DNA of 64,000 bases from a virus. Lineage: Duplodnaviria > Heunggongvirae > Uroviricota > Caudoviricetes. The notes beneath the pieces were generated by a model. That model was not told the origin of the DNA, ran no database searches, and saw only the letters and a program-made list of their open reading frames with translations. Made by a program: the position numbers and the translations under genes. This document shows positions 18,004 through 27,662 of this stretch, piece by piece. The stretch is from IMG/VR virus record IMGVR_UViG_3300005437_000011, one strand, 5' to 3'. How positions within the stretch are numbered: the first letter of the stretch is position 1; every line of letters begins with the position of its first letter.

Positions 18004-18311
18004 CCACTCCGTTCAATCCAGAGCACTGCTCATGCGATGAATCCAAAGCCTGGAGAACGCGTGCTCTGGCGGCCGAGCTCTCCCTGCGCTACGCCCGAGG
18101 CCAGCTCCGCCGGCTGCTTGAGCATTTCGATCGGGTCCTGGACGAGATGCCGGGTGAGGACCTTGAAACGCCGGAAGGCGTACTCGGCGCGACGCATCGA
18201 GCGGACGAGCCGCTTCGAGACGCAGACAGCATCTGGAAACTCGGAAAAGTAGTCGATTGGATGCTGCTACGTGTCCGTGGCGACGGCTCGCCGAAATCGG
18301 AGCGACCTTGA
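18000..18311 (+). CDS. hypothetical protein
   Basis: GTG start. The GGTCAagTGACC palindrome spans the stop/start junction. Confidence 0.35.
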   Translation: MTTPFNPEHCSCDESKAWRTRALAAELSLRYARGQLRRLLEHFDRVLDEMPGEDLETPEGVLGATHRADEPLRDADSIWKLGKVVDWMLLRVRGDGSPKSERP

Positions 18312-18817
18312 GCACTAGAACTTTGGCGCTTGACCTGGACGGCGTGGTCAATAGCGCCGTCTGGTTCGAAAAGATGGACTGCGACGCGCTCAGCCGTCGG
18401 CCGATTCATCACATGATCGACCCTGATTGCGTCGAACGTCTCAACCGACTGCTCGAAATCAGCGGCGCGGACGTCGTGATCTCGTCGTCCTGGCGCATCC
18501 CTCACAGCGTGGAGGCGATCGACGCAGCCCTGACCTACAAGGGTTTTCGCGGCAACATCATCGGGGCGACGCCGCACAACATGCCGCCGCGGGGGCGCGA
18601 GATCCACCGGTTCATGATCGACCACGCACTAAGCGTCGATCACTTAGTGATCCTCGACGACGACTCGGACATGGGAGCGCTTGCCCATCGGCACGTCAAA
18701 ACGTCGTGGAGCGTAGGGCTCACGGATGCGGACGTGGAGAAGGCACTCCTGCTGTTCGGTGTGCCGCGGGCAACGACGGATTTTGTTGAAGTATTGCCGC
18801 CGGAGGAAATCGGATGA
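18257..18817 (+). CDS. HAD-superfamily phosphatase-like protein
   Basis: LALDLDGVVN is HAD motif I. The real start is probably near 18309. Confidence 0.4.
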   Translation: MDAATCPWRRLAEIGATLSTRTLALDLDGVVNSAVWFEKMDCDALSRRPIHHMIDPDCVERLNRLLEISGADVVISSSWRIPHSVEAIDAALTYKGFRGNIIGATPHNMPPRGREIHRFMIDHALSVDHLVILDDDSDMGALAHRHVKTSWSVGLTDADVEKALLLFGVPRATTDFVEVLPPEEIG

Positions 18818-19218
18818 GCGCCGTCACCCAGCTCTCGCGCGCCGAGGTTATGACGCTGCTCTACGACAAGGTGATGCTGATTCGCGGCGAGGCGGAGGAG
18901 ATTGAAGACGAACCGAAGCCGGCCAAGATCAGCGAGTACAAGGCTCGGCTCAAGCGGATCATGGTCGAGGCGAAGCGCGCAGCGTCACTGATCGATACCT
19001 ACGAACGCACGTGGAAAGTAGGGCATTGCCTGCACTGCGGGGAGACGTATGACGATCACGCCGAGTTTCACCAGGTTGGCCCGCTACCGCCGGGAGCGCC
19101 GCGGGTGAAGCCAAAGAACCTCGAGAACCCGCCGCCGCGCTGCAATGCGCTTCGCAAGTTCTTCGAGTCTGCTGAAATCGAGACCTACCAGGGCGTTCGA
19201 ATTGATGAGGTTGGGTGA
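18814..19218 (+). CDS. hypothetical protein
   Basis: 134-aa ORF. Confidence 0.4.
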   Translation: MSAVTQLSRAEVMTLLYDKVMLIRGEAEEIEDEPKPAKISEYKARLKRIMVEAKRAASLIDTYERTWKVGHCLHCGETYDDHAEFHQVGPLPPGAPRVKPKNLENPPPRCNALRKFFESAEIETYQGVRIDEVG

Positions 19219-20291
19219 TGGGAAAGAAGACGGAGATTTCGTGGACCGATGCTACCTGGAACCCGGTTCGCGGCTGCTCGCGGGTGAGCGCGGGCTGTGA
19301 CAATTGCTATGCGATGGGCGTCGCTCACCGATTCTCAAATAGAGCCGTCCAGGATCCGAGCGGAGATCGAAGCCTCGATAAGCCAGCAGGGCCGTACCAC
19401 GGGCTGACTACGATCCGTCGAGGCAAGGTCGACTGGGCCGGCGTGGCTCGGTTCATCCCCGAGCAGCTCGACGCGCCGCTTCGCTGGAGTAAACCGCGCC
19501 GCATCTTCGTGAACAGCATGAGCGACCTCTTCCACGAGTCGCTTTCGAATGAAGAGATCGCGGCTGTCTTCGGCGTCATGGCAGCGTGCCCACAGCACAC
19601 ATTTCAGGTGCTCACGAAGCGCCCGAAGCGTGCGACGGAGTGGTTCAAATGGATTTCTGCACGCGAAACGGACCTGATAACGGCTGCCGAGTTGTGCGGG
19701 CTGGATGCGCAAAACGAGGCCTACAGTGCCGATCTCGAACTTGGACCGCTGCAGCCAAAACTTCATGGCGCTCCGTGGCCTCTACCGAACGTCTGGCTGG
19801 GCGTGAGCGCCGAAGACCAAGATACCTACAACGCGCGCTTACCGATGCTCGTGCACCAATGCCCAGCGGCGGTGCATTTCGTGAGTCTGGAGCCGATGCT
19901 CGGGCCCATCAAGCTCCGTGGGACCGGGCACATTCACCTCGATTGGGTGATCATCGGGGGCGAGAGCGGCCCGGGTGCGCGGCCGTTCGATCTCAGTTGG
20001 GCTCGTTCACTAGTCGGCGAATGCGCCGAGAGCGCCATCCCGTGCTTCGTGAAACAGCTCGGCGCGAGGGCGATCGATTCCTCGCTGCGCGATGTGAACG
20101 GCTATGGCTACGTGCACTACACGGGAGCGCCTGGCGATGCACGCGTTCTCGAAGCCGAGAAGCGTCACGACTACCGGGTAACGCCCCACGATGTGACCCG
20201 CTTGCTGGCGCGCGATCGACGCAAAGGCGCGGACATGTCGGAGTGGGAACCGGCGCTGCGTATCCGCGAGTTCCCGGATGCACGCGCATGA
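19215..20291 (+). CDS. phage Gp37/Gp68-family protein
   Basis: N-terminus ISWTDATWNPVRGCSRVSAGCDNCYA is characteristic of the Gp37Gp68 family. Confidence 0.65.
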   Translation: MMGKKTEISWTDATWNPVRGCSRVSAGCDNCYAMGVAHRFSNRAVQDPSGDRSLDKPAGPYHGLTTIRRGKVDWAGVARFIPEQLDAPLRWSKPRRIFVNSMSDLFHESLSNEEIAAVFGVMAACPQHTFQVLTKRPKRATEWFKWISARETDLITAAELCGLDAQNEAYSADLELGPLQPKLHGAPWPLPNVWLGVSAEDQDTYNARLPMLVHQCPAAVHFVSLEPMLGPIKLRGTGHIHLDWVIIGGESGPGARPFDLSWARSLVGECAESAIPCFVKQLGARAIDSSLRDVNGYGYVHYTGAPGDARVLEAEKRHDYRVTPHDVTRLLARDRRKGADMSEWEPALRIREFPDARA

Positions 20292-20569
20292 ACCGCGCGT
20301 GCGTCACCACCCACATGAGCTCACCCGGCCGGGTAGCCACTGCTGCGGGCGATGGTGCGGGTTTCGTGGCCGCAATGATGCCCGTGGCGATTTTGGTGGT
20401 CAGTTGACCACTCGATCGCATACAAAGAACAGCCGCGCGACGCTTCGACTCGTCCGCGGCCATGGCCCGAGAAAGGGGCTCAAGTGAAATACCACAGAAC
20501 GTCAATCCCTGGTAACGCAATCGACCGCAGTAAATATGGCGGTCATGTGACCACCGACGGGGACATCTG

Positions 20570-21352
20570 ATGTCAAAGGCATCCAAAAAGCGCTATCAGG
20601 CGGCGCAACAGCCACTGAGGCGGTCTCAGGAGAGCACCGTTTGCGCGTTCCCAGCTGTAGCGGCGTACCTGTCATGGGTTACGAAGACGAGTGAAGAGGA
20701 CGCTCAGAAAACAGTGAACTTGATGGCCAAGTTCACTGATCCAGCGCGGGGAAAGGTTCAGTTCGACCGTTGCGAATCACCTGCGGAGCGCCTTTTCCTT
20801 CTTGGTGGGAATCTGAACAACGACCGCCAAGTGGGAATCCAGTTTGCAGATCCTGCCCGGTCCGAACTTGAAGCCAACGGTCGGACTGCCTGGCTTGTCG
20901 GTTCTCTTCTGGGCAGAGAAGACGAGAAGTTCGCTCTGTTCCAGCAGTTCGAGATCGAAGAATTTCGCGTCGACTTCTGCCTCCCGAAGGTTTTTCTAGC
21001 CATAGAAATTGATGGCCATGAATTTCACGAGAGGACCAAGGAGCAGGCGGCGGCAGACAAACAACGTGATCGCGTGTTGGTCCGGAACGGCTATCGGGTT
21101 CTGAGGTTCACGGGATCAGAGGTCTATAGTGATCCAGCCGAGGTCCTCGCTGAGGTTCTTGATATTGCGCTGGCTATTGAGGCGCTTCTCATCGAGGCTA
21201 GCTACCGCGATTTTTCTCGTGGCGTAGACCAGGGGTATGCTGACGGCTATGACTCGGCCGTAGAAGAATTAGGCGCCAAGGCTGCTGCTGACACCGATAG
21301 CTCGCAGCCGTTGCCTGCTCTGCCCGCTCACGCTTCGGAGGCTGCTGAGTGA
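20570..21352 (+). CDS. DUF559 / Vsr-like endonuclease-fold protein
   Basis: FRVDFCLPKVFLAIEIDGHEFHERTKEQAAADKQRDRVLVRNGYRVLRF fits the DUF559 pattern. Confidence 0.45.
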   Translation: MSKASKKRYQAAQQPLRRSQESTVCAFPAVAAYLSWVTKTSEEDAQKTVNLMAKFTDPARGKVQFDRCESPAERLFLLGGNLNNDRQVGIQFADPARSELEANGRTAWLVGSLLGREDEKFALFQQFEIEEFRVDFCLPKVFLAIEIDGHEFHERTKEQAAADKQRDRVLVRNGYRVLRFTGSEVYSDPAEVLAEVLDIALAIEALLIEASYRDFSRGVDQGYADGYDSAVEELGAKAAADTDSSQPLPALPAHASEAAE

Positions 21353-22389
21353 GAGCGTATGCCTATGTGGTTCCCACTTTCTGGACTCGTGGTAGCGGCA
21401 AGAAGCTGCGAGGCAACCCGGCCGCCCAAGCGCTCGCCCTGTACGTCATGACGGCTCCTAGCTCCAACATGGTCGGGCTGTACTACGTACCGCTGACGAC
21501 CATCGCTGCCGAGACTGGGATCCCGGCTGCTGAACTGCCTGGGGTCTTTTCGAAGATCTCAGAAATCGCCAAGTACGACTTCGAGAACGAAATCGTCTGG
21601 GTGCCCGAGGCCGCAGCGCACCAGATCGGCGAGACGATGAAGGGCACTGACAAGCGCCGCAGCCAGGTAATCCGGGACGTCGAGGCAATGGGGAGCCATC
21701 CGTTCGCCTTGGAATTCTTCGCAAAGTACTCGGCGGCTTACGGTCTCGATGCCCCGAAAACGGCGATCGAGACCAAGCCCCTTACTACGAAACCGGATGC
21801 CCCTTCGGAGGGCCTTCCTCCCGACCGGATGCCCCGATCCCCTGATCCTGTCCTGTCTTCTTCTGACGGATCAGATCGGGATCACGAACCAGATCACGAT
21901 CCATTTGCAGCCTCCCCCGGGGGCCTGACAGGTAGCGCGCGCGTGGGTGCCCCGGGATTGCCGGCGCCGGCCGAGAGGCACCTTGCGGCCATGGCGGAAA
22001 AAATGATCCGCAGCCGTGGCGCGTACATGGAGATTTTTGGCGATACTCCCAGTTGGCCAGAACTACAGCCCATCTTCATCGCCTTCCAGGAGACCTGGGG
22101 CCGCAATGGCGCGCCAGCGCACGGCGGAGACCCGAGGGCCCAGCTGATCCTCCAGCGCATCGTGGAAGGCATCCCCGTCGAGCGGTTGGCTATGGCCGTG
22201 CGCCGCTCGAAGTTCGCCGCCTATATCGTAGCTGACGAGAGCTACCAGACCCTGACGACGATCCTTCGTGACGCCGCCCAGGTCGACAAGTTCTGTGCGC
22301 TCACTGCCCTGCCCCGCAAGGCCGGCCAGTCGCGAGAGCCACAGACCGAGGGCGGCGACTGGAAGCCCACCGTGGAGAAACGCTCATGA
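21349..22389 (+). CDS. putative replication initiation / origin-binding protein (by position)
   Basis: 346 aa, immediately upstream of the DnaC-like and DnaB genes. No motif recognised. Confidence 0.35.
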   Translation: MRAYAYVVPTFWTRGSGKKLRGNPAAQALALYVMTAPSSNMVGLYYVPLTTIAAETGIPAAELPGVFSKISEIAKYDFENEIVWVPEAAAHQIGETMKGTDKRRSQVIRDVEAMGSHPFALEFFAKYSAAYGLDAPKTAIETKPLTTKPDAPSEGLPPDRMPRSPDPVLSSSDGSDRDHEPDHDPFAASPGGLTGSARVGAPGLPAPAERHLAAMAEKMIRSRGAYMEIFGDTPSWPELQPIFIAFQETWGRNGAPAHGGDPRAQLILQRIVEGIPVERLAMAVRRSKFAAYIVADESYQTLTTILRDAAQVDKFCALTALPRKAGQSREPQTEGGDWKPTVEKRS

Positions 22390-23186
22390 GCCAAGGCGAG
22401 ATGCTGACCGTCACCGAGTTCGCTTGCGGGGAAGCCGGCCTGGCGGACGACGCCAGGTTGTTCGCGCGCCGCGCGCGCTTTGCCGGCTGGGACGTTCGCC
22501 GGCTGGTCGATGAGCTCAAGGTCACCGGATTCAAGCAACGCTTCGATGAGGCGGTCGCCGTTGGCGTTGCGGCGGACCTGGGGCGCCGGGTCGACCGGTA
22601 CATGCGTGACGCGCTCCTGGGCGGTCCTAGCGCCCTGGCGCTATGTCCCGTGCCCGAGCTCGCGGCCATGGTCGCGCCGTCGCTGCGCCCGGAGGCGACG
22701 ACCTACAACCCCTTCCGAGAGGGCGGCCGCTTGGTCTGTGGGCCAACGGGGGTCGGCAAGTCGGTGGCCGGCATCGCCGCGCTGCGCCGCATGCACCCGC
22801 TCCGACCGGCCGACATGAACGCACTCTGGGACACCGGTGACATCAGGTGGAGCTGCACCTGGGTTCGAGCCTTTGACCTAGCGAAGGCGTCCCTCGAAAC
22901 GGCGCTCGGTGCGGGTGAGGCGGAGCTCGTCACCGAGGCGCGTGCGGCGCAGTTCCTTGTGCTCGACGATCTCGGGTGGGAGTCGAAGCGCGCCGGCGCC
23001 GACGACGCCGTGGCTGAGGTGATCGCGGCCCGCTACGACACTGGCCGGGTCACTTATGCGACCACCGGCATGCGGCTGCCCAAGTTCATCGACCGCTACG
23101 GCAGCGCCGTTGTTCGCCGTCTGGTCGAAGCCGGGAACCACAAAGGCAAAGTGGTCGACCTCTGGACCGATTCGGAGGCGCGATGA
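22386..23186 (+). CDS. DnaC/IstB-like helicase loader ATPase
   Basis: Walker A CGPTGVGKS. Walker B/sensor region FLVLDDLGWE. Positioned next to DnaB. Confidence 0.6.
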   Translation: MSQGEMLTVTEFACGEAGLADDARLFARRARFAGWDVRRLVDELKVTGFKQRFDEAVAVGVAADLGRRVDRYMRDALLGGPSALALCPVPELAAMVAPSLRPEATTYNPFREGGRLVCGPTGVGKSVAGIAALRRMHPLRPADMNALWDTGDIRWSCTWVRAFDLAKASLETALGAGEAELVTEARAAQFLVLDDLGWESKRAGADDAVAEVIAARYDTGRVTYATTGMRLPKFIDRYGSAVVRRLVEAGNHKGKVVDLWTDSEAR

Positions 23187-24625
23187 GCGGGGAGCTCGAG
23201 CCGCAACCGGGACGAGTTCCGCCAAGCGATCTGGATGCGGAGGCCGCCGTCCTGTCGGCGTGCATGCTCGACGTCGACAAGGTCGACATCGTGCGAGACA
23301 TTCTCGTCCCCGAGGACTTCTACGCCGACGCGAACAGAAGGATCCTGGAGGCGATCTACGGCCTTCAAGACGCGCAGAAGACGATCGATATCGTGCAAAT
23401 TGCCGGGTGGCTGCGCGACAATAACCGCCTCGACCAAATCGGCGGCTCGCCGTATCTGGCGCAGATTGTCGACGCCACGCCGTCCATCGCGCACGTCGCT
23501 GAGCACGCGACCCGCGTCAAGGAGAAGGCCAAACAGCGCGTCATGATCTCCGTGTGCCAGCGCGCCGCCGCCGAAGGCTATGGGGACGTTGGAGTCGTTT
23601 CTGAATGGCTCGAAGGCGTAGAGAAGAACGTCGCGCTCGCGGCACGGGAAGCGCGCGACAAGGAGATCACCTGGGCGACCTATGGCGAGGCCGCGCGCCA
23701 GACCTACAAGGACATCGCTGAGTCGGCCCGCACCGGCGCGACCATGGCGGGCTACCCGACCGGCTTCGAAGAGCTCGACAACCACGTGGGGGGGCTGGCT
23801 GATGGGGACTTCTGGATCGTTGGTGGCTACCCCGGCATCGGGAAGACTTCGTGGGTGAAACAGACGGCAGAGAACGTCGCTGTCCACAAGTCGAAGAAGG
23901 GATCCCGCGTTGGGGTCGTCTTCTTCACGCTGGAGATGAAGTACAAGCAGCTGACGATGCGAGGCCTGTCGCGTCGCTCGGGCGTCCCGTTCGCCAACAT
24001 CAGAATCGGGAGATTGGTCCCCAATCAGTGGGAATCGCTCGTCACTGAAGCGAAGGCAGCCGCTGACGTGGCGATGATCCTGGACGAATGCCGTGATTTG
24101 ACGCCGTTTCGTCTGCGCCGCGCGCTCCGTCGCCACCTGGCCAAGTTGCGCGAGGACTTTGGCAATGATGCCGAGCTTGGTCTCGTGTGCGTGGACTACA
24201 TCCAGCTCATGGGCGCCGACGTGCCAAACAAGAATCGTGCGGTGGAGATAGGCATGATCAGCAAGGAACTCAAGAGGATCGCCGGCGAGTTCAAGTGCGC
24301 CGTGATCGGGCTCTCGTCTCTGAACAGGCCCGAGCAGAAGACTCGACCGAAGCCGCCCGGGATGTCGGCCCTCCGCGAATCTGGAGCGCTCGAGTTCGAT
24401 GCTGACGTCATCCTGATGATCCATCGCGACGACGCCTTCAAAGAGAAGCACGAGCAACCCGACCACCTTGCGGATTTGAATGTCGTGAAGGGTCGCAACT
24501 CCGGCGCTTCGCACCACGAACTTCAGTTTGATGGGCGTTTTACGGCGTTCTACCCGCTGGGGCGTGAGCTGTTCCCGCGCGTCGAGGCGAACGTTTACGG
24601 GGATGATTGGAGAGATCCAGCATAA
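23183..24625 (+). CDS. dnaB: replicative DNA helicase DnaB
   Basis: N-terminal PPSDLDAEAAVLSACML. Walker A GGYPGIGKTSW. LGLVCVDYIQLM and SLNRPEQK fit the RecA-like fold H3/H4 motifs. Confidence 0.85.
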   Translation: MSGELEPQPGRVPPSDLDAEAAVLSACMLDVDKVDIVRDILVPEDFYADANRRILEAIYGLQDAQKTIDIVQIAGWLRDNNRLDQIGGSPYLAQIVDATPSIAHVAEHATRVKEKAKQRVMISVCQRAAAEGYGDVGVVSEWLEGVEKNVALAAREARDKEITWATYGEAARQTYKDIAESARTGATMAGYPTGFEELDNHVGGLADGDFWIVGGYPGIGKTSWVKQTAENVAVHKSKKGSRVGVVFFTLEMKYKQLTMRGLSRRSGVPFANIRIGRLVPNQWESLVTEAKAAADVAMILDECRDLTPFRLRRALRRHLAKLREDFGNDAELGLVCVDYIQLMGADVPNKNRAVEIGMISKELKRIAGEFKCAVIGLSSLNRPEQKTRPKPPGMSALRESGALEFDADVILMIHRDDAFKEKHEQPDHLADLNVVKGRNSGASHHELQFDGRFTAFYPLGRELFPRVEANVYGDDWRDPA

Positions 24626-24873
24626 TGGCACTCCTTGCCCAGCTCATCCCCGAGATGCGATCTCTGCGAATAGCCGAGATCGAGTTCGATCGCGCCGAAC
24701 AGGCGCTCATCGCGACCTACGAGCCGCGTCACGCCATGAAACGTTGGGCAGCGAGAGACCGATACCGAACCGCACAGCGCGCTCTTGATGGTGCGCTGGC
24801 TCGACTCGAAAAAAGAAAATGCGAACTAGCGGGGAGACGCCATCTGCGCGTAGCCTCGGCCGTTGTCACTTGA
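24625..24873 (+). CDS. hypothetical protein
   Basis: ATG overlaps the dnaB stop. Confidence 0.3.
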   Translation: MALLAQLIPEMRSLRIAEIEFDRAEQALIATYEPRHAMKRWAARDRYRTAQRALDGALARLEKRKCELAGRRHLRVASAVVT

Positions 24874-24903
24874 CCACCACGTCACGAGAGGAAACCAGAC
24901 ACC

Positions 24904-25413
24904 ATGACCGATGAATCACGAGAGACGTTCGACTTCCCGATCGAAGTTACGCTTACCCCGGAAGAGGTCGAAGAGAAGCTCGAGCGGAACGCCGACATCG
25001 ATCGCAAAATGATCGACATCAAGAACCAGAAGGCGGAGGCGAATTCCGGATTCAACGAAGACCTGAAGACGCTGCGCAAGGAGCAGGTGACGTTGCTCGA
25101 GATGATCAGTGTCGGCAAAGCGAAGGTCAGTGTCCAGTGCTACCACGAGCGGGACGAGCGGCGCGGCATCATGCTGACGATGCGCTGCGACAATGGGCAC
25201 ATCGTCGATGAGCGGGCTCTTACCGCTGATGAGCGCGGCGCAGTCGAGGATGAGCGTCAAGGCAACCTATTCGAAGGCGGCGCTCCAAGCGTCGACGCCG
25301 GAGCGGATGACGAAGACGAGCCTGCTGGCGACGCCGACAGCGAGGCGGCGCTGGATGAGTACCTGGCGCAATCGAGTGGAGTCGACGAGGCAACCGACCC
25401 GCTGGCGCACTGA
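24904..25413 (+). CDS. acidic hypothetical protein
   Basis: 169 aa. Asp/Glu-rich C-terminus. Confidence 0.4.
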   Translation: MTDESRETFDFPIEVTLTPEEVEEKLERNADIDRKMIDIKNQKAEANSGFNEDLKTLRKEQVTLLEMISVGKAKVSVQCYHERDERRGIMLTMRCDNGHIVDERALTADERGAVEDERQGNLFEGGAPSVDAGADDEDEPAGDADSEAALDEYLAQSSGVDEATDPLAH

Positions 25414-25428
25414 CCAGCTGAGAGATGA

Positions 25429-26214
25429 ATGATGTCCGACCGAATCTACTTCCACTGGCAAAACCTGAACGACAAGCCCGCTGGGCGCACGGGATCACCG
25501 TTGCGCCACGGTCGCGCTTGGCTCCGCCTGTTCGGTGGCTCGCTCAATTGGGAGTGGCTGCTCGGGCGTTTCAACAACCTCGGCTGGTACGTCGCTGCGC
25601 GCCAGGGCGACGGGATTGGCTTCGGTCTGCACTTCGCTGTGCCGTTCGTTAGCCTTTACTTCTCGATTGAAAGCTTCCGCCCCGTCGTAGCGGTCGTCAA
25701 ATGGCTGCTTCGTAACGCGCGCTATGAGGACCGCGAGATCTCATGGCGCGTCAACGACTGGGCGATTTGGTGGAGCGTTTGGCGGGACAGCTCGAGCTGG
25801 AGCTCGACGGTTCCCTATTGGCGGAATGGATCCTTTCACATCGACGACTTCGTGCTCGGCAAGGCCAAGTACTCCTCTCGTGTCTTGAGCGAGCAGGCCG
25901 TTAAAATCGCCATGCCGGAGGGCAGCTACGACGCGACGGTGAAGATTGAGGAGCGATCGTGGAAGCGTCCGCGATGGTTCGTGAAGCGCATCGTGGGTGC
26001 GGACGTGAAGATTCCAGCGGGCATCCCCTTCCCTGGCAAGGGCAATAACTCTTGGGACTGCGGGCAGGACGCGGTGTATGGGCAGAGCAGCCAAGCCTCT
26101 ACCGTAGAAGGTGCAGTGGCTGCTGTTGTCGAATCGGTGCTGAGGAGTCGGCGTCGCTATGGCGGGTCGGTTGATTGGGCACCGAGCGCTGAGCACGGAT
26201 CGGTGGCGTCATGA
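25429..26214 (+). CDS. hypothetical protein (Trp-rich)
   Basis: 261-aa ORF. Confidence 0.45.
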   Translation: MMSDRIYFHWQNLNDKPAGRTGSPLRHGRAWLRLFGGSLNWEWLLGRFNNLGWYVAARQGDGIGFGLHFAVPFVSLYFSIESFRPVVAVVKWLLRNARYEDREISWRVNDWAIWWSVWRDSSSWSSTVPYWRNGSFHIDDFVLGKAKYSSRVLSEQAVKIAMPEGSYDATVKIEERSWKRPRWFVKRIVGADVKIPAGIPFPGKGNNSWDCGQDAVYGQSSQASTVEGAVAAVVESVLRSRRRYGGSVDWAPSAEHGSVAS

Positions 26215-26573
26215 GCGAGCAGCTTGACGCGCCCGAACAGGTCGAGATCCGGGCGCTGGACATCGTCATCTACGAGCACGCGATCTGGTCCAGCATCGGA
26301 GACGGTAAGCCGTTTGCAAACACGATTGAGCACCGGGCCTGGTCCGAGGATGGTGCCCATATCTGGTTCATGCTCGGCACCCACAACTTCTACAAGGCTG
26401 AACCAGAAGAAATGGTGAGAGTGGTGCAGCTGGCACGAGGCGAACGGCGCGAGCCGAAGTCGCTGTTCGTTAGTGACCGCGGGGTTCAGTTCGACAGTGA
26501 AGTGTTTTTGGCGGCGAGGCCGAGGCACAAGATTCCGTGTGCCAGTTGCGGCGGGACCGGGGTCGCGAAGTGA
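26211..26573 (+). CDS. hypothetical protein with C-terminal CxxC motif
   Basis: 120 aa. CASCGGTG. Confidence 0.4.
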   Translation: MSEQLDAPEQVEIRALDIVIYEHAIWSSIGDGKPFANTIEHRAWSEDGAHIWFMLGTHNFYKAEPEEMVRVVQLARGERREPKSLFVSDRGVQFDSEVFLAARPRHKIPCASCGGTGVAK

Positions 26574-26761
26574 GCCAGCTACTGAAGGATCTCCGAGAAG
26601 TACGGGCGAGCGTAGCCAGCGGGGCGACGCTGAACAGCGTTCTACGCTCCAAGGCTGCTGCATGGAGCAAGGAGCGCGGGCTTCGTGTCTGCCGTGCGAT
26701 CGATGCTGTGGAAGAGGAACTCGCATTGCTGGACGCGGCTATCGCAAAGGCCAACCAATGA
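26569..26761 (+). CDS. hypothetical protein
   Basis: GTG in a GTGA overlap. Confidence 0.3.
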
Positions 26762-27087
26762 TGAAAGACGAATTCCAGATGCAGTTTCCAGGCGTGATCG
26801 AGTCCGTCGCGGAGGAGTTCGACTGCCGCCCGCGCGAACTCCTAGCCGGAGGCCGCCTCTCAAGCCGAAATCTTTCCGAGGCTCGAGCCGTCGCGGCTTG
26901 GGTCGCGTACCAGACTGGCACCGTCAGCTTCCCGGTTCTCGGTCGAATGCTCGGTATGAAGTACCCCGCGACCCGAGTTCGGGTGATGGCCGTAGCGCGG
27001 AGGCGGGAGCGTGAGCCGCGGTTCAATGAGCTCTGTGAGCGGCTTGCTGGTCGCCCGAAGGCCGGGAAACGGGCGGTGTCGGCGTGA
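26758..27087 (+). CDS. DnaA domain IV-like HTH protein
   Basis: LSSRNLSEARAVAAWVAYQTGTVSFPVLGRMLGMKYPATRV resembles the DnaA C-terminal DNA-binding domain. ORF 26473..27087 upstream of this start looks spurious. Confidence 0.4.
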   Translation: MMKDEFQMQFPGVIESVAEEFDCRPRELLAGGRLSSRNLSEARAVAAWVAYQTGTVSFPVLGRMLGMKYPATRVRVMAVARRREREPRFNELCERLAGRPKAGKRAVSA

Positions 27088-27662
27088 CCATCGGCATGGG
27101 CACGGACCCTGGCTATGCCAAGGCGGCGTTCGGAGTGGTACGGAACGAGGGCAACCGCCTGACGCTGCTCGACCGCGGACTCATCACGACGAAGCCCGAC
27201 CAACCGGAGGCCGTCCGTACCAAGCTCATCTGGTCACCAATCGCCGAAGCAATTCGCAAGTGGCATCCGTCGATGCTCGGCATTGAGGATCAGGCGCAGG
27301 TGTCGGCAGCCGCGCGCGGTCGAATGGCCGCGAACAAATTCGGAAAGAAAGCCAATGGCGCCGCTGGTTACAATGCCAGCAATGACCACGTGCTAGAAGT
27401 GGTCGGCTTGCTTCGCGGCTGCGCAATCGCCTACGGCGTTCGGTACAAGATGCTCAACGCACAGTCAATCAAGCGCGCCGTGCTCGGCAAGGGCGGCGGC
27501 GGCGGGGACAAGAAGCAGATGATCACTGCCATCAAAGCGATGTTCCCAGAGCTGCAGCTGCCTGGCGTCAAGCTGAGCGAACACGAAGCCGATGCAATAG
27601 CGATGGCGATTCTGGCGATGCGTGTGGACCTCGTTGGAGAAGTTGTAAGAAAGACCGCATGA
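27084..27662 (+). CDS. ruvC: RuvC-like Holliday junction resolvase
   Basis: IGMGTDPGYAKAAFGVV at the N-terminus. AVLGKGGGGGDKKQM and EHEADAIAMA follow the RuvC pattern. Confidence 0.65.
   Translation: MTIGMGTDPGYAKAAFGVVRNEGNRLTLLDRGLITTKPDQPEAVRTKLIWSPIAEAIRKWHPSMLGIEDQAQVSAAARGRMAANKFGKKANGAAGYNASNDHVLEVVGLLRGCAIAYGVRYKMLNAQSIKRAVLGKGGGGGDKKQMITAIKAMFPELQLPGVKLSEHEADAIAMAILAMRVDLVGEVVRKTA

Noticed and set aside
23096-24631. 511-aa minus-strand ORF
   Set aside because: It lies entirely antisense to dnaB, which has unambiguous helicase motifs. It is a shadow ORF.
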